64,000 bases of DNA from Candidatus Bathyarchaeota archaeon (GTDB lineage: Archaea; Thermoproteota; Bathyarchaeia; Bathyarchaeales; Bathyarchaeaceae), in contig CAVOMX010000011.1 in assembly GCA_963697165.1 (NCBI GenBank), positions 96,001 to 160,000 on the forward strand, written 5' to 3'. The notes beneath the pieces are model-generated. The model was not told the DNA's origin and made no database searches. It saw nothing but the letters and a program-made list of their open reading frames with translations. The first letter of the stretch is position 1. Each line of letters starts with the position of its first letter. Positions 1 to 9,923 of this stretch are shown piece by piece. The position numbers and the translations under genes are program-made.

Positions 1-416
1 TTTGCTAGAACAGTGCAGATCTGCTTGTGCGCGTTTAGTATTGCTTCGCCAATCGCCCCTTTGTAGGTTGAAAGTTCTGGGGGAATCTCGACGATGGCGA
101 TGTCGCCTACAAAATCGATGGCTCTGGGGACCCCAGCTAAGAGAGCATATGGTAGCTTGTCTGCAAGAAAATCGAGTGGCACTAAATGGTGTTTCTCCCG
201 CATAGCAAAGTATGGACAGAGATTTCGAATGTCGGATAGTTTCGTCTTGAACGTGTTGAGAACAGCAGTTGAGGGCTCACTGGCTAAGGGTATACATAGG
301 GAGTCTTCTGTTTGCTGAATCTGTAGTTCTCGTTTAAATAGGTCAAGCTCTGCGACTAGATGAATGGCTTGTTCTCCCAAGTTTTTTGGAACCTTTAAGC
401 ATGCTGTTTCTGGCAC
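1..416 (-). CDS. trm5: Trm5-family tRNA (guanine37-N1) methyltransferase, N-terminal part (runs off window start)
   Basis: Manual translation from GTG at 416: MPETACLKVPKNLGEQAI...LLAGVPRAIDFVGDIAIVEIPPEL...IGEAIL; matches the Trm5/Taw22 D1-D2 region; not in the ORF track. Confidence 0.8.
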   Translation of the reverse strand, partial: MPETACLKVPKNLGEQAIHLVAELDLFKRELQIQQTEDSLCIPLASEPSTAVLNTFKTKLSDIRNLCPYFAMREKHHLVPLDFLADKLPYALLAGVPRAIDFVGDIAIVEIPPELSTYKGAIGEAILNAHKQICTVLA

Positions 417-481
417 TGTTGCTCACAAAACAATAGGTGGAAGGCATTTAAATTCGTAGAGCTAAAACAAAACAGTTTAAA

Positions 482-2110
482 CTATTTCCTGTTGCTCCTA
501 AGAAGATAAACAGCCAACGCCAGTTCTAAAGCTGATGCTCCTGCCATGCTCAAAACTGCAAAAACGTGACTAAAAGAAAATAGGTAAACCACAGCATAGG
601 CAACCAATGGGATAAGCAGGGTTATGACGCCGACGATAAGCTTTTTTAGATCATGAATTAGTGCCGCTATCTTTCCTTGGGTTACAGAATTTAGGAAGAG
701 CTGAATCTCAAAGATGCTTGCCGAGGCTATCGACAGTATGACAAAAAATGGGATAAGTATTGTTAGGGGCGAGGTCAAGGGCTTTAGGAATGCCATAACA
801 AGCAGAACCAGAGGCACCGGAACATAGGTTAACGTGGATATCAGAGTCTTGGAAGTTATGATTCGGTTAACGTTCAAGGGCAACGTTTTGGTGTATTCTA
901 GCCCTGTTCCCTCTGCACTAAGGAGGGCAAGAGGCATAAGCAAAACAAAGATTCCGCCCATGAACGTCGAAACAAGTAACGTGGAAGCCCGTAGAACCTC
1001 AAAGTTGGTTACCATAAACGATTCAATAATAGTCTCTAGAACAGGAAGTGCAAAAAAGAAGGCGGTGGCAGGATTTCTTGAGGAAACCTTCAAGTCTTTC
1101 AGGACAAAACCAAACAGAGGATTGCGCGTTTTGATCGAGAAATCTTTTGCTGTCACTCTTGATATCTTGACGTCAGTTCCCTGCGATATGCGCTTGACTG
1201 TTTTTAGTATCCACTTTCCCGCAAACCCGGCAACTATAACGTATCCTATCAGAGAGGCGGCTGCAATTAATGATGTAGAATCTGCAGTAACGGGGTGACC
1301 GATGTTAGCGATTGTTATTCCAGCTGAGAATGGATGCAAAAAACAGAAGAGCACATTAGAGAGCTGGTTGGGGATAAGAAGCATCATTTCCAGAGAGGGT
1401 ACGATGTACCATGGCAAACTGATCAAGAAGCTTACTCCCATAAGCAGTGATCCCCACATCAGAATGAAAACCAAACGCAAAACCGTGCTGCCTTTGGATC
1501 GTCCTCCACGAGACAGGTTCTTCGTGAATATTCTTGAGAACCACAGAGCAACTGCAACAGCAAGAATCGCATTCACAACAGAAGCCACAAGCATAACCAG
1601 AACCGCAACAGGAGACCCAGTAAAGTAAGCCACCAAAACGACTTGGCTCAGTATCGAACCCACAACCATGTAATCCACGGATCGGACAAAAGAGAATAAC
1701 GTAATCAATGAGAAGTCATTCTGCTTCAGCGGCAAAGTAGCTAACAATGCTGAGGATTCGGCGCTAACAAATGATGAAAGCGTCTGAATTGCATACAATG
1801 CCGTGAAGCCAAATGTGACGGCTAAACTCAACGAGATGGCGCTTGTCAAGCCAAGGATTGGAGAACCAAAAAACTGTGCCGTGAAGGGAATAACCGCGGC
1901 TAGAACGTTAAATATTGCTACTAGCGACTTGTCGAATTTGGCTATCCTCAACGCTTTCTTGGTTAGCTCTAAATCGTTCTGCGCGTCTGCGCCAAGGCGA
2001 CCTCTACCAAAGCCGCCCCACCACATGCGACCTCTTTCCTCAGCTATGGACTTATACACGACCTCCTTGTAGGGCAGGCGACTTAGACGCCAAGCTTCAA
2101 GCAGCTTCAT
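482..2110 (-). CDS. ABC transporter permease, multi-TM archaeal type
   Basis: Many hydrophobic segments; overlaps the stop of the ABC ATPase; likely start MKLLEAW at 2110. Confidence 0.75.
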   Translation of the reverse strand: MKLLEAWRLSRLPYKEVVYKSIAEERGRMWWGGFGRGRLGADAQNDLELTKKALRIAKFDKSLVAIFNVLAAVIPFTAQFFGSPILGLTSAISLSLAVTFGFTALYAIQTLSSFVSAESSALLATLPLKQNDFSLITLFSFVRSVDYMVVGSILSQVVLVAYFTGSPVAVLVMLVASVVNAILAVAVALWFSRIFTKNLSRGGRSKGSTVLRLVFILMWGSLLMGVSFLISLPWYIVPSLEMMLLIPNQLSNVLFCFLHPFSAGITIANIGHPVTADSTSLIAAASLIGYVIVAGFAGKWILKTVKRISQGTDVKISRVTAKDFSIKTRNPLFGFVLKDLKVSSRNPATAFFFALPVLETIIESFMVTNFEVLRASTLLVSTFMGGIFVLLMPLALLSAEGTGLEYTKTLPLNVNRIITSKTLISTLTYVPVPLVLLVMAFLKPLTSPLTILIPFFVILSIASASIFEIQLFLNSVTQGKIAALIHDLKKLIVGVITLLIPLVAYAVVYLFSFSHVFAVLSMAGASALELALAVYLLRSNRK

Positions 2111-2894
2111 TTTTGAAGAATGCCTCCCCCAAGAGTCGGGTCTTGTCAGCAACCTCATTCTCTTCGTGTGTCAACTTCAAGAAGACTTCTTCCAGACTTT
2201 CGCTTTTACTTCCAGCCTTAGTTTTCAGCTGGTCAAGCGTTCCCTCAGCGATTACCTTGCCTTGATATATTATTCCAATTCTTGTGCAGAGGTGCTCAGC
2301 CACTTCCATTATATGCGTGGAAAACAGGACGGCTCCGCCCCGTTTTGCATGCAACAAAAGCAGTTCTTTGACTATTCGGCTGCTTTTGGCATCAAGACCA
2401 CTCAGGGGCTCATCCAGCAAAAGAACAGGAGGCTGATGAATAAAAGAAGCAATTAAAGCCACCTTCTGCTTCATTCCCGTCGACAACGTAGCTATTGGAG
2501 CATCAAAATATTTTGCCATGTCGAAAGCGTCCCCCAGCTGGGCTACTATGCGGTTGACTGAAGTTTGATCAATTTTTCGTATAGATGCAACAAACTCCAA
2601 GAAGTCTCTGGAAGAAAGAGACTCGTAGAGAATCGGGTTTTCAGATACGTAACCTATTCTTGATTTGACCTCTATCGGATATTTTGCGGGATCAAAGCCT
2701 CCAACCTTAACCCATCCTGAAGTTGGTTCCACCAAACCGATGATGGCTTTGATTGCCGTGGTTTTGCCGGCACCATTTGGACCCAGTAGACCATAGATTT
2801 CTCCGGGCATAACCCTGAAATTTAGTCCAGATAGGGCTTGAACTGAGCCGAACTGTTTAGTAAGCTCAGATGCTTCGATCAGAGGTGCGGACAT
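2097..2894 (-). CDS. ABC transporter ATP-binding protein
   Basis: Walker A GPNGAGKT, signature LSTGMKQK, Walker B LLLDEP, H-loop STH. Confidence 0.95.
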   Translation of the reverse strand: MSAPLIEASELTKQFGSVQALSGLNFRVMPGEIYGLLGPNGAGKTTAIKAIIGLVEPTSGWVKVGGFDPAKYPIEVKSRIGYVSENPILYESLSSRDFLEFVASIRKIDQTSVNRIVAQLGDAFDMAKYFDAPIATLSTGMKQKVALIASFIHQPPVLLLDEPLSGLDAKSSRIVKELLLLHAKRGGAVLFSTHIMEVAEHLCTRIGIIYQGKVIAEGTLDQLKTKAGSKSESLEEVFLKLTHEENEVADKTRLLGEAFFKNEAA

Positions 2895-3015
2895 TCTAGA
2901 AAAACACCTGTTCTTGATAGGTAAACTCTTTGGAGTGTGCCGTTACTGAAAGTAATGTTTTGTTAAGTTAGAATTCATATTAACAGCGTAATCGTTGAAT
3001 AAGAAGGGGATTAAA

Positions 3016-3492
3016 TCATGGAGATTTTAGTCCGATTTCTTGTGTTATAGTTTCGAGTTTGACAGCAACTAAAGAAACGTTTTTTGGAGTTAATGAAGAC
3101 CATCCGTCTTCTTTTTTGAAGCCGTGTGCGGGAAGAAAGCTTGGGGAAAGCTTCTGTTCTCCATCTTCAGCAAGTTTTTTGATAGCTTTAGCTCTTTCCT
3201 GTGGGTCAGTAACGACTTTGAGGGTACCCAGTAGGACGATGAAGCTGTATTCGCTCAGGTCTTCTCGGTATTCTTCGATTTCAACGCAGACACGTTTGTC
3301 ATTCTCGATTAGCCTCATCTTTGTGCCGTAATCGGTGAAATGAAAATACAGAATCCCATCCAATACAATGTACTGGAAAGGAGCCATGTAGGGGTAATCT
3401 TCTCCTTTGAAGGCGATACGGCAGAGTCGCTGTCTTCGAATTAGTTTCCACATCTCTTGTTTTGTCATTTTTGGCAACTTCAAAACAGCCAC
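3016..3492 (-). CDS. Pyridoxamine 5'-phosphate oxidase-like / NimA-family flavin-binding protein
   Basis: LCRIAF..YPYMAP..LYFH...GTKMRLIENDKRVCVE pattern. Confidence 0.8.
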   Translation of the reverse strand: MAVLKLPKMTKQEMWKLIRRQRLCRIAFKGEDYPYMAPFQYIVLDGILYFHFTDYGTKMRLIENDKRVCVEIEEYREDLSEYSFIVLLGTLKVVTDPQERAKAIKKLAEDGEQKLSPSFLPAHGFKKEDGWSSLTPKNVSLVAVKLETITQEIGLKSP

Positions 3493-3935
3493 AACAAATC
3501 CCCAACAAAAGTTATGGCGTAGTGGATACTTGAATTTTGTGACTGCCCTGAGAATAAACTTAAAAGATAAAAAGTTGAGAGAAAGACTTCAATGGGCAAC
3601 CACGTCTGAGAACGTGAATGACCATGCAGAACAAATCAAACGAAAAAAGATTCATGAGAGGCGAGAAACTGGAAATTACACCCCGAACCAAGGTCTATAT
3701 TATAATTACAGCATGGGTTCTTGTTGCAATTAAGACTGCGATACCCTTCCTGTATTTAAGCAATGAATGCATTTTAGGATACAAGGCAAGCTGCTCTTTC
3801 ACCCAATAAGTAATGCAATCCGTATTCTTGCGGCTTTTATCACATATGTTGTCGCAAAAAAGAAAGAATATAATATGACACAACTGAACACTTCGTTTTA
3901 TAGCTGCATAAACAGGAGTCTTTAATGGAATAATG

Positions 3936-4037
3936 TGGCGGGCCCGAGGGGAATTGAACCCCTGACCTACGGATTAAGAGTCTCAGCCTAGTCCCAATGG
4001 ACCAGTCCGCCGCTCTGCCTTGCTGAGCTACGGGCCC
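3936..4037 (-). tRNA. tRNA-Lys(CTT) with 25-nt intron (3982-4006) at position 30/31; CCA encoded
   Basis: Reverse complement folds: GGGCCCG/CGGGCCC acceptor, GCTC/GAGC D arm, GCGGA-CT-CTT-AA-TCCGT anticodon arm after intron removal, AGGGG-TTCAATT-CCCCT T arm, GCCA end. Confidence 0.95.
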
Positions 4038-4430
4038 ACAAAAAGGCACTCTCCATATGTGAAAACAGTTAACCTAAATATCTTTTGTTCTCAAAAAACG
4101 TAAAAATAATGGGAGCAAAAAGGCTAATGTCTCATGTGAAGCATGAGACTACACCCACAGAAACAGAAAAAGCAATCACCACAGTGGAGCAAGAAAACAG
4201 TGAACTGAAAGACAAAATCGAAAATTTAGAAGCCATAATACAAAAAATATATCATAAAGTTTTCCGTGAAAAAATTTTTTGAATACCCGCATGCTATATA
4301 TGCAACCGTGCATTATACTATTATGTGGAATTCTCTTAGTGAATGTCGACAAAAAGGCTTGTCGTGTTTTGTCGTTTATTTTGGGTATTCTTCTTAGAAA
4401 CAATATGAAAAAATCAGGAGGATTTAGTAT

Positions 4431-4655
4431 TTGTCTATGTCTGGAATTCAATTTAAAATGCGTCAACGGATTATTCAAAGATTTGAGAAAGTAGGAGCTA
4501 TTTCAAAGAAGACTGCTGTACCGTTTATAGCGGCTAACCTAGATTTGCAAGAACAGTATTGGCTGCCCTATTTTGGTGGAAGCTTTCTCTGTAGCATACA
4601 GAAGCCTGAGGACAAACTGTATTACCTTAAGAATTATACTGCTGACACCAAATAG
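4431..4655 (+). CDS. Small hypothetical protein
   Basis: 74-aa ORF with AGGAGG upstream; no family recognised. Confidence 0.45.
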   Translation: MSMSGIQFKMRQRIIQRFEKVGAISKKTAVPFIAANLDLQEQYWLPYFGGSFLCSIQKPEDKLYYLKNYTADTK

Positions 4656-5074
4656 GATAACCCATAATTTTTTTCGCTTAAAATATGCAACAGTAAACAA
4701 CATACCACGCTCTAGGCGAATATTTTGAGCATCCACCAATTCCTAACCCTTTTCCCCAACGCATTCATTTCATTTTGTATAATAGGATTCTTTTCTCGCT
4801 CAAATCGACTAATATGAATCTTAGTCTTTAACGCGAGCACAATATACTCCCATTTCGCCAAGTCAAAATCATGCAGAGAATAAATCAATAACAAACACTA
4901 TACTTAAGAATATTTAATTAATCATCACCAACTTTTGGATTTTGGGTTAAATTTTAACATTTTTCACAAAATTTTCACCAATTAGGACAAACTTTTGGTC
5001 TAAACTTTTAATCATGCTCATGATTTGAGTTACATAAACAATTTCAGACTCTTGTTTCATAGACTTATGAGGGA

Positions 5075-5356
5075 ATGATATCTGTGCCCATAGACAAAGA
5101 GAAATTTGAAAAGGTCTCTATTAAGTTGGAAGAAGAGATAATCTCTTTCTTGAAGAAACGTCAGGAAAAAGCATTTACTGCCGAAGAAATAATGGGGTGG
5201 ACAAGTTTTCATGTAGATTTTGATGTACCAGGGACTTCCAAAATAGCTATGTTCATGGTCGCAAATTTTGTTTCGGTTCTTCAGGATTTAGTAAATAAAG
5301 GAAAAATTTCAAGAAAAATTGTTAACAATCGAATGTATTTTAGGGTAAGTGAATAA
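5075..5356 (+). CDS. Small hypothetical protein, possibly winged-helix-like
   Basis: GAGGGA before ATG; EEIISFLKK..KAFTAEEI..LQDLVNKGKISRK..YF resembles a wHTH. Confidence 0.6.
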   Translation: MISVPIDKEKFEKVSIKLEEEIISFLKKRQEKAFTAEEIMGWTSFHVDFDVPGTSKIAMFMVANFVSVLQDLVNKGKISRKIVNNRMYFRVSE

Positions 5357-5470
5357 GCGCGGACCTAATTCGGTGGCAGTCTCGAAGCTCGCTCATGCTG
5401 ATGTTTGATGGAGACCGCTCCGCCTAAATATTAGGCGAAGAGAGGAGCACGCATGTGGGTTCAATCGCAT

Positions 5471-6070
5471 TTACTCGTCGTAGCATATCAGTTCTTTTTC
5501 TTCAAGTGTTTTGTGAAGTTTATCGACCGCTGTGTAAACGTCTTCTTCTTTTGTGGCTCCGGTGCAAACAAGTTTTCCGCTGGCGAAGAGAAGAATCACA
5601 ACTTTTGGGTCATTCATTCTGTAGACGAGACCCGGAAACTGTTCTGGCTCATACATGGTCCTTTCGAGAGAGTAAGCGCAATCTTCCAGCTCTATTCGTC
5701 CCAAAAGGTTCGCTGTAGCAACAATGTTCACTATTTTAGTTTCTGGTTTGCCAGGGATGATTATCCCGCTTTTTTTCAGTTCTCTTACAACTTTCAGAAC
5801 AGCTTTTTTTGATTCATTCTCAGACTTGGCTCCAGTGCAAACCATCTTCCCAGTACTGAAAATGAGTATGGCTGTCTTGGGTTTTTTTAACCTGAAAACT
5901 AAGCCCGGAAACTTTTCTGGACGATACTCAACTAAGCAGTTCCCCTTAACTATTGCATTAAGGTCAAATTTCTGATTCAACGTAGCAGATGACACAACAT
6001 TTTGGACCCGTATGGATGCATCAAAAACAGGCGTTGGTAATTCATGAATTAAAACCTCTGAAAGAGACAA
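5471..6070 (-). CDS. tbp: TATA-box-binding protein
   Basis: Two TBP repeats: QNVVSS..YRPEKFPGLVFR..LIFSTGKMVCTGAK and VNIVAT..YEPEQFPGLVYR..LLFASGKLVCTGA. Confidence 0.97.
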   Translation of the reverse strand: MSLSEVLIHELPTPVFDASIRVQNVVSSATLNQKFDLNAIVKGNCLVEYRPEKFPGLVFRLKKPKTAILIFSTGKMVCTGAKSENESKKAVLKVVRELKKSGIIIPGKPETKIVNIVATANLLGRIELEDCAYSLERTMYEPEQFPGLVYRMNDPKVVILLFASGKLVCTGATKEEDVYTAVDKLHKTLEEKELICYDE

Positions 6071-6083
6071 GTCACAAACCTTC

Positions 6084-6290
6084 TTAGTTCTCTGTAGTAT
6101 TCAGATCTTCTAGAAGGCTTAGGAACTGGTCTTTCTTCTTGAAGTCTTTGTTCTTTTCTGCTTCCATTATGACAGATTGCACCCAATCTCTCAGTTGAGA
6201 ATGCAAGCTTATTTTTATCTGGGGGTTTCTATCCCTTCTTTTAATCCAAGATTGTGTTGGTCTGCTTAACTGTATATTTTTTAATTTCAT
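6084..6290 (-). CDS. Small hypothetical protein upstream of tbp
   Basis: Likely start MKLKNIQ; ends 14 nt before the tbp start. Confidence 0.4.
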   Translation of the reverse strand: MKLKNIQLSRPTQSWIKRRDRNPQIKISLHSQLRDWVQSVIMEAEKNKDFKKKDQFLSLLEDLNTTEN

Positions 6291-6634
6291 ACGTTCCACT
6301 TTAATTTTTTCAGTAGAATAGTCAAAGAAAACGGCAAAAATGCAACTTTTTGCAATATTCAGTACGAGAATCCTATGTGGTACAGTAATGAAGAGCCACA
6401 CATATTAAGCTATTTGCTTAATAATAGCAAGTCCACTAAATTTTTTGCCCATCTAAAATTTATTCAGTTTCTTGTCTTTTGTTTGGTTAACAGCCTCAAA
6501 GCTTGCTCAGGATGATGTTCGACGGAAACCTCTCCGCCAACTGACGACGCGATGGAGTGGGCTCGCGGGCGGACTTCTAATTTTTTAAGCGAGAAGTTCG
6601 CAAAGAATGTAAAGCTAATGGGAGCAAGAAGGCT

Positions 6635-7438
6635 ATGAACGAACTTGTCTTCATCGGATTAGGGTTATACGACGAAAAAGATGTCTCCATCAGGGGACTT
6701 GAGGAACTAAAAGAGGCAGACACAGTTTTTGCCGAATTCTACACTAGCCTGATGCCTGGACTCTCCATCAGAAAACTTGAGGAGATGATAGGAAAGGCGG
6801 TCAATGTTGTGTCACGAAGAGTCTTAGAGGAAGAAGATGGACAACAGATTCTTGAAGCGGCAAAGAAGGGAAAAGCAGTGTTTTTGGTTCAGGGAGACCC
6901 CATGATTGCCACAACTCATGTTGATTTGCGGATTAGCGCAGAGAAGCAGGGAATCAAAACCCGAGTTATTCATGGCGCCTCTGCTGTTTCAGCTGTTAGG
7001 GGTATTTCGGGTTTGCAGAATTACAAGTTTGGAAAAGCGGTTACGATACCGTTTTCGGAACAGGGGTTTGTCTCCGAAACCCCATACAATGTTATCAGAG
7101 AAAACAAGAAAATGGGACTGCATACCATGTGTTATCTGGACATTAAAGCTGAGGAGCAGAGGTACTTGACTGTCAATGAGGCGCTTCGAACACTGTTAGA
7201 ACTGGAAAAACAGAAAAAAGAAGAGGTTATCACTTCAAGAACTCTCGTCATAGGCGTTGCAAGAGCGGGTTCATACGAGCCGGTAGTGAAGGCAGGCTAC
7301 ATAGAAGAAGTGATAAAATATGACTTTGGCGCTCCTCCGCACACGCTCATCGTTCCGGGCAAACTACATTTCATGGAAGCCGAAGCACTCATAGCATTAG
7401 CAGGAGCGCCCAAAGAAGTTATGGAGATGACAGAATGA
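6635..7438 (+). CDS. dph5: Diphthine synthase
   Basis: LVFIGLGL, AEFYTS, GDPMIATTH, GLQNYKFG, LHTMCYLDI. Confidence 0.97.
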   Translation: MNELVFIGLGLYDEKDVSIRGLEELKEADTVFAEFYTSLMPGLSIRKLEEMIGKAVNVVSRRVLEEEDGQQILEAAKKGKAVFLVQGDPMIATTHVDLRISAEKQGIKTRVIHGASAVSAVRGISGLQNYKFGKAVTIPFSEQGFVSETPYNVIRENKKMGLHTMCYLDIKAEEQRYLTVNEALRTLLELEKQKKEEVITSRTLVIGVARAGSYEPVVKAGYIEEVIKYDFGAPPHTLIVPGKLHFMEAEALIALAGAPKEVMEMTE

Positions 7439-7692
7439 AGATAGACGAACTGATTACAAAATATATCAAAGGCGCTGAACGCGTCGTTCAAGAAATAGGG
7501 CAGATACCAGCAGATGTGCACCTAAACGAAGACGAGGCAAAAACAGTTTTCGACTGGGCTAAACGTTATCTGGAAGACGCCAAATACTATCAAGAGAAAG
7601 GAAAACTGGAAACAAGCCTTACCTCCGTTGCCTATTGTGAAGGACTGCTAGATGCCCTGCGACTATTAGGAGCTGTAGAGTTCTCATGGTAA
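7435..7692 (+). CDS. DUF357 family protein
   Basis: AKRYLEDAKYY..SVAYCEGLLDALRLLG; usual dph5 neighbour. Confidence 0.85.
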   Translation: MKIDELITKYIKGAERVVQEIGQIPADVHLNEDEAKTVFDWAKRYLEDAKYYQEKGKLETSLTSVAYCEGLLDALRLLGAVEFSW

Positions 7693-8144
7693 CAAAAAAG
7701 AAAAAAAGAGTTGTCCTAGCTTCGGGAACCTTTGATTTGCTTCATCTAGGGCACGTCAGATTTCTTGAAGAAGCAAAAAAAGCGGGTGGCAAAGACGCGG
7801 AGCTAGTTGTTATAGTGGCTAGAGACAGCACCGTCAAAGCTAGGAAAGGAAAAAAGCCCATTATGCCAGAAGACCAACGGCGGGCACTCGTCGAGTCCCT
7901 TAAGGTTGTTGACGAAGCAATTCTTGGTTGGGAAGACTTCAGCATAGACAAAGTAATCGAAAAAATAAAACCAGACGTAATAGCCGTGGGTCACGACCAA
8001 GACGGAATAGAAAACGAATTACTCAAAGCGATAGAGGAAAAGAAAGCCGCAATCGAAGTTGCGAAGATTGGACGATTCGGAAAAAGAGAATTGGACAGTT
8101 CCTCAAAGATCGTTAGAAAGATAATAGAGTCATTCATCAAATAG
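7686..8144 (+). CDS. ribL: FAD synthase (cytidylyltransferase family)
   Basis: GTFDLLHLGH (HxGH), VIVARD, KPDVIAVGHDQ; adjacent to riboflavin kinase. Confidence 0.85.
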   Translation: MVTKKKKRVVLASGTFDLLHLGHVRFLEEAKKAGGKDAELVVIVARDSTVKARKGKKPIMPEDQRRALVESLKVVDEAILGWEDFSIDKVIEKIKPDVIAVGHDQDGIENELLKAIEEKKAAIEVAKIGRFGKRELDSSSKIVRKIIESFIK

Positions 8145-8153
8145 GGTAAAGAG

Positions 8154-8855
8154 CTAGGGCAGAATCAGAATCTCCACTTTAACCTTGTTCCCGTCTTTCA
8201 GTTTCAAGCTACTTCGAAGAAACGTTGGAGAAACAATCTCCATCACAGAATCCCCGTAATGGCTTCTTAGAGCATAGATGACTGCGCCCTTCACTTTGTT
8301 GTTTATTATTGCAGGGTAACACTTCACTGGACCAAAAGTTCTGGACTCGTCCTCAAAACCTTCAAGCTCCACACAAGGATACGCCTCAAGCTCAGACATG
8401 GCTTTTATGTCATAGTCGGTCGTCAGTTTGATGTTAAAGGTGCCGGGATAGGGATCAAAACCAAGCTTTTCCATAAACTGTTTACGATACCCCTCTTTAT
8501 TCACGTAATAGGCGCCCTCACCCAACCCGCTGAACAAAACGCCCTCCAAAGTTAATGACGGCGGATACTCTGACTCAAAAATCAAACGCAACTCAGAATA
8601 CAGTTTCTTTAACTCGGCAACTCCTAGACTAGTGATTTTCGTCAAACAGCCTTCCGGAGTTATGGTTCGTTTTATCCAACCCATCTTCTCCAAGTTGATA
8701 AGGTGCCTAGATGCTGTCTGCTGAGAAGATCCAATCTTTTCAGCTAGATACTCCGTGGAAACCTTAACAGTTCGGCTAGAAGCACCCAACTCCGCTAACT
8801 TATAGAGAGTAAAGAAGAGCTTCCAGGACCTTAAATCAAGTTTCAGGTGGTCCAC
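8154..8855 (-). CDS. ribK: CTP-dependent riboflavin kinase with N-terminal wHTH (RbkR-type)
   Basis: HTH SQQTASRHL; kinase SGLGEGAYY, PYPGTFN. Confidence 0.92.
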   Translation of the reverse strand: MDHLKLDLRSWKLFFTLYKLAELGASSRTVKVSTEYLAEKIGSSQQTASRHLINLEKMGWIKRTITPEGCLTKITSLGVAELKKLYSELRLIFESEYPPSLTLEGVLFSGLGEGAYYVNKEGYRKQFMEKLGFDPYPGTFNIKLTTDYDIKAMSELEAYPCVELEGFEDESRTFGPVKCYPAIINNKVKGAVIYALRSHYGDSVMEIVSPTFLRSSLKLKDGNKVKVEILILP

Positions 8856-8918
8856 GTTAATCGCCTATTTCTGAGAAGAGACAAACTACCTATTTATACG
8901 TAACCCGAAACCGAAACT

Positions 8919-9818
8919 TCACTCAGATGCCCGCTGTAGGCATTCAACTTCTTTCACAGCTTTTATTGCAACTTCGATCATGTCGTCGTCAGGCTGCCTA
9001 GTTGTGAAACGTTGAAGAAGCATGCCCGGAGCCACTAAGGCTCTAACGATGAACGAATTTTTGTATCTGTCGCTGAGACGCAGAAGCTCGTATGAAACGG
9101 CGCTAATGATGGGAATGAGAACAATACGGTAGGATAACCTTGTTAGATAGTCAGCACTTGGCATAAGTGAGAAAAACAGAATACTGATCAACGTGACTAT
9201 CAGAAGAAACGATGTTCCGCATCTAGGGTGAAAACGGGAGTATTTTCTGACGTTTTCGACATTCAATTCAACTCCAGCCTCATAGGCGTTGATTGATGCA
9301 TGTTCTGCGCCGTGATACTGGAGTATCCGCCTGAAGTCTCCAAGCCTAGATACGACGGCAAGGTACACCAGCAAGAACGTGAGGCGAACTACTCCTTCAG
9401 CAACATTGAAGAGAACTCCTCCTCCAAGATTGAGGAGGGACGTCAAAAAGAAAGGAAAGACACTAAACAGGAGCACCGACAGTAAAAGGGACACGACAAG
9501 GGTTACAGCGATTTCTTTCGGGTTAAGGCTTGCCTCTTCATTATCTCCAAAAGTGGCATTCGCAGAAAAGTAGATGCCTTTTATTCCCGAATATAACGTT
9601 TCAAACAGCGCAAGGATACCTCTAACGAAGGGAACTTTCAGAAACCTGTACTTTTGAGAGAGCGAACGCAGTTTTTCGGTCTTTGTTACTATTTCTTGGT
9701 TGGGCTGCCGCACACATATTACCAGATTGTTTTTGGAGCGAATCATCACGCCCTCCATCACGGCTTGTCCACCAAAGGCTAATGACGGCTCTTTCTTTCC
9801 CTTATCGGTTAAACTCAT
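8919..9818 (-). CDS. DUF1385 membrane protein
   Basis: GGQAVMEGVM, YHGAEH, HPRCGTSF. Confidence 0.9.
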   Translation of the reverse strand: MSLTDKGKKEPSLAFGGQAVMEGVMIRSKNNLVICVRQPNQEIVTKTEKLRSLSQKYRFLKVPFVRGILALFETLYSGIKGIYFSANATFGDNEEASLNPKEIAVTLVVSLLLSVLLFSVFPFFLTSLLNLGGGVLFNVAEGVVRLTFLLVYLAVVSRLGDFRRILQYHGAEHASINAYEAGVELNVENVRKYSRFHPRCGTSFLLIVTLISILFFSLMPSADYLTRLSYRIVLIPIISAVSYELLRLSDRYKNSFIVRALVAPGMLLQRFTTRQPDDDMIEVAIKAVKEVECLQRASE

Positions 9819-9923
9819 ACCTGAAGGAGATTTTATCGATTCTTATATGTTTTTGCGAAAAAAATTTGAACTTAAGAAAGTTTTTATGCCCCAAACCCTT
9901 TAGGGCATACTGGGGTATGACTC

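Noticed and set aside
834..2265. Long plus-strand ORFs over the permease, and similar antisense ORFs across the ilv, ileS and his genes
   Set aside because: Antisense shadows of recognisable genes with no protein features
3493..6420. Integrated element at tRNA-Lys
   Set aside because: No integrase and no duplicated tRNA end (att) seen in the window
6548..6570. Fluoride riboswitch (GCGATGGAGT resemblance)
   Set aside because: The downstream CTGATGAC..CTAC part and pseudoknot are absent in the correct order; no crcB/fluc gene nearby
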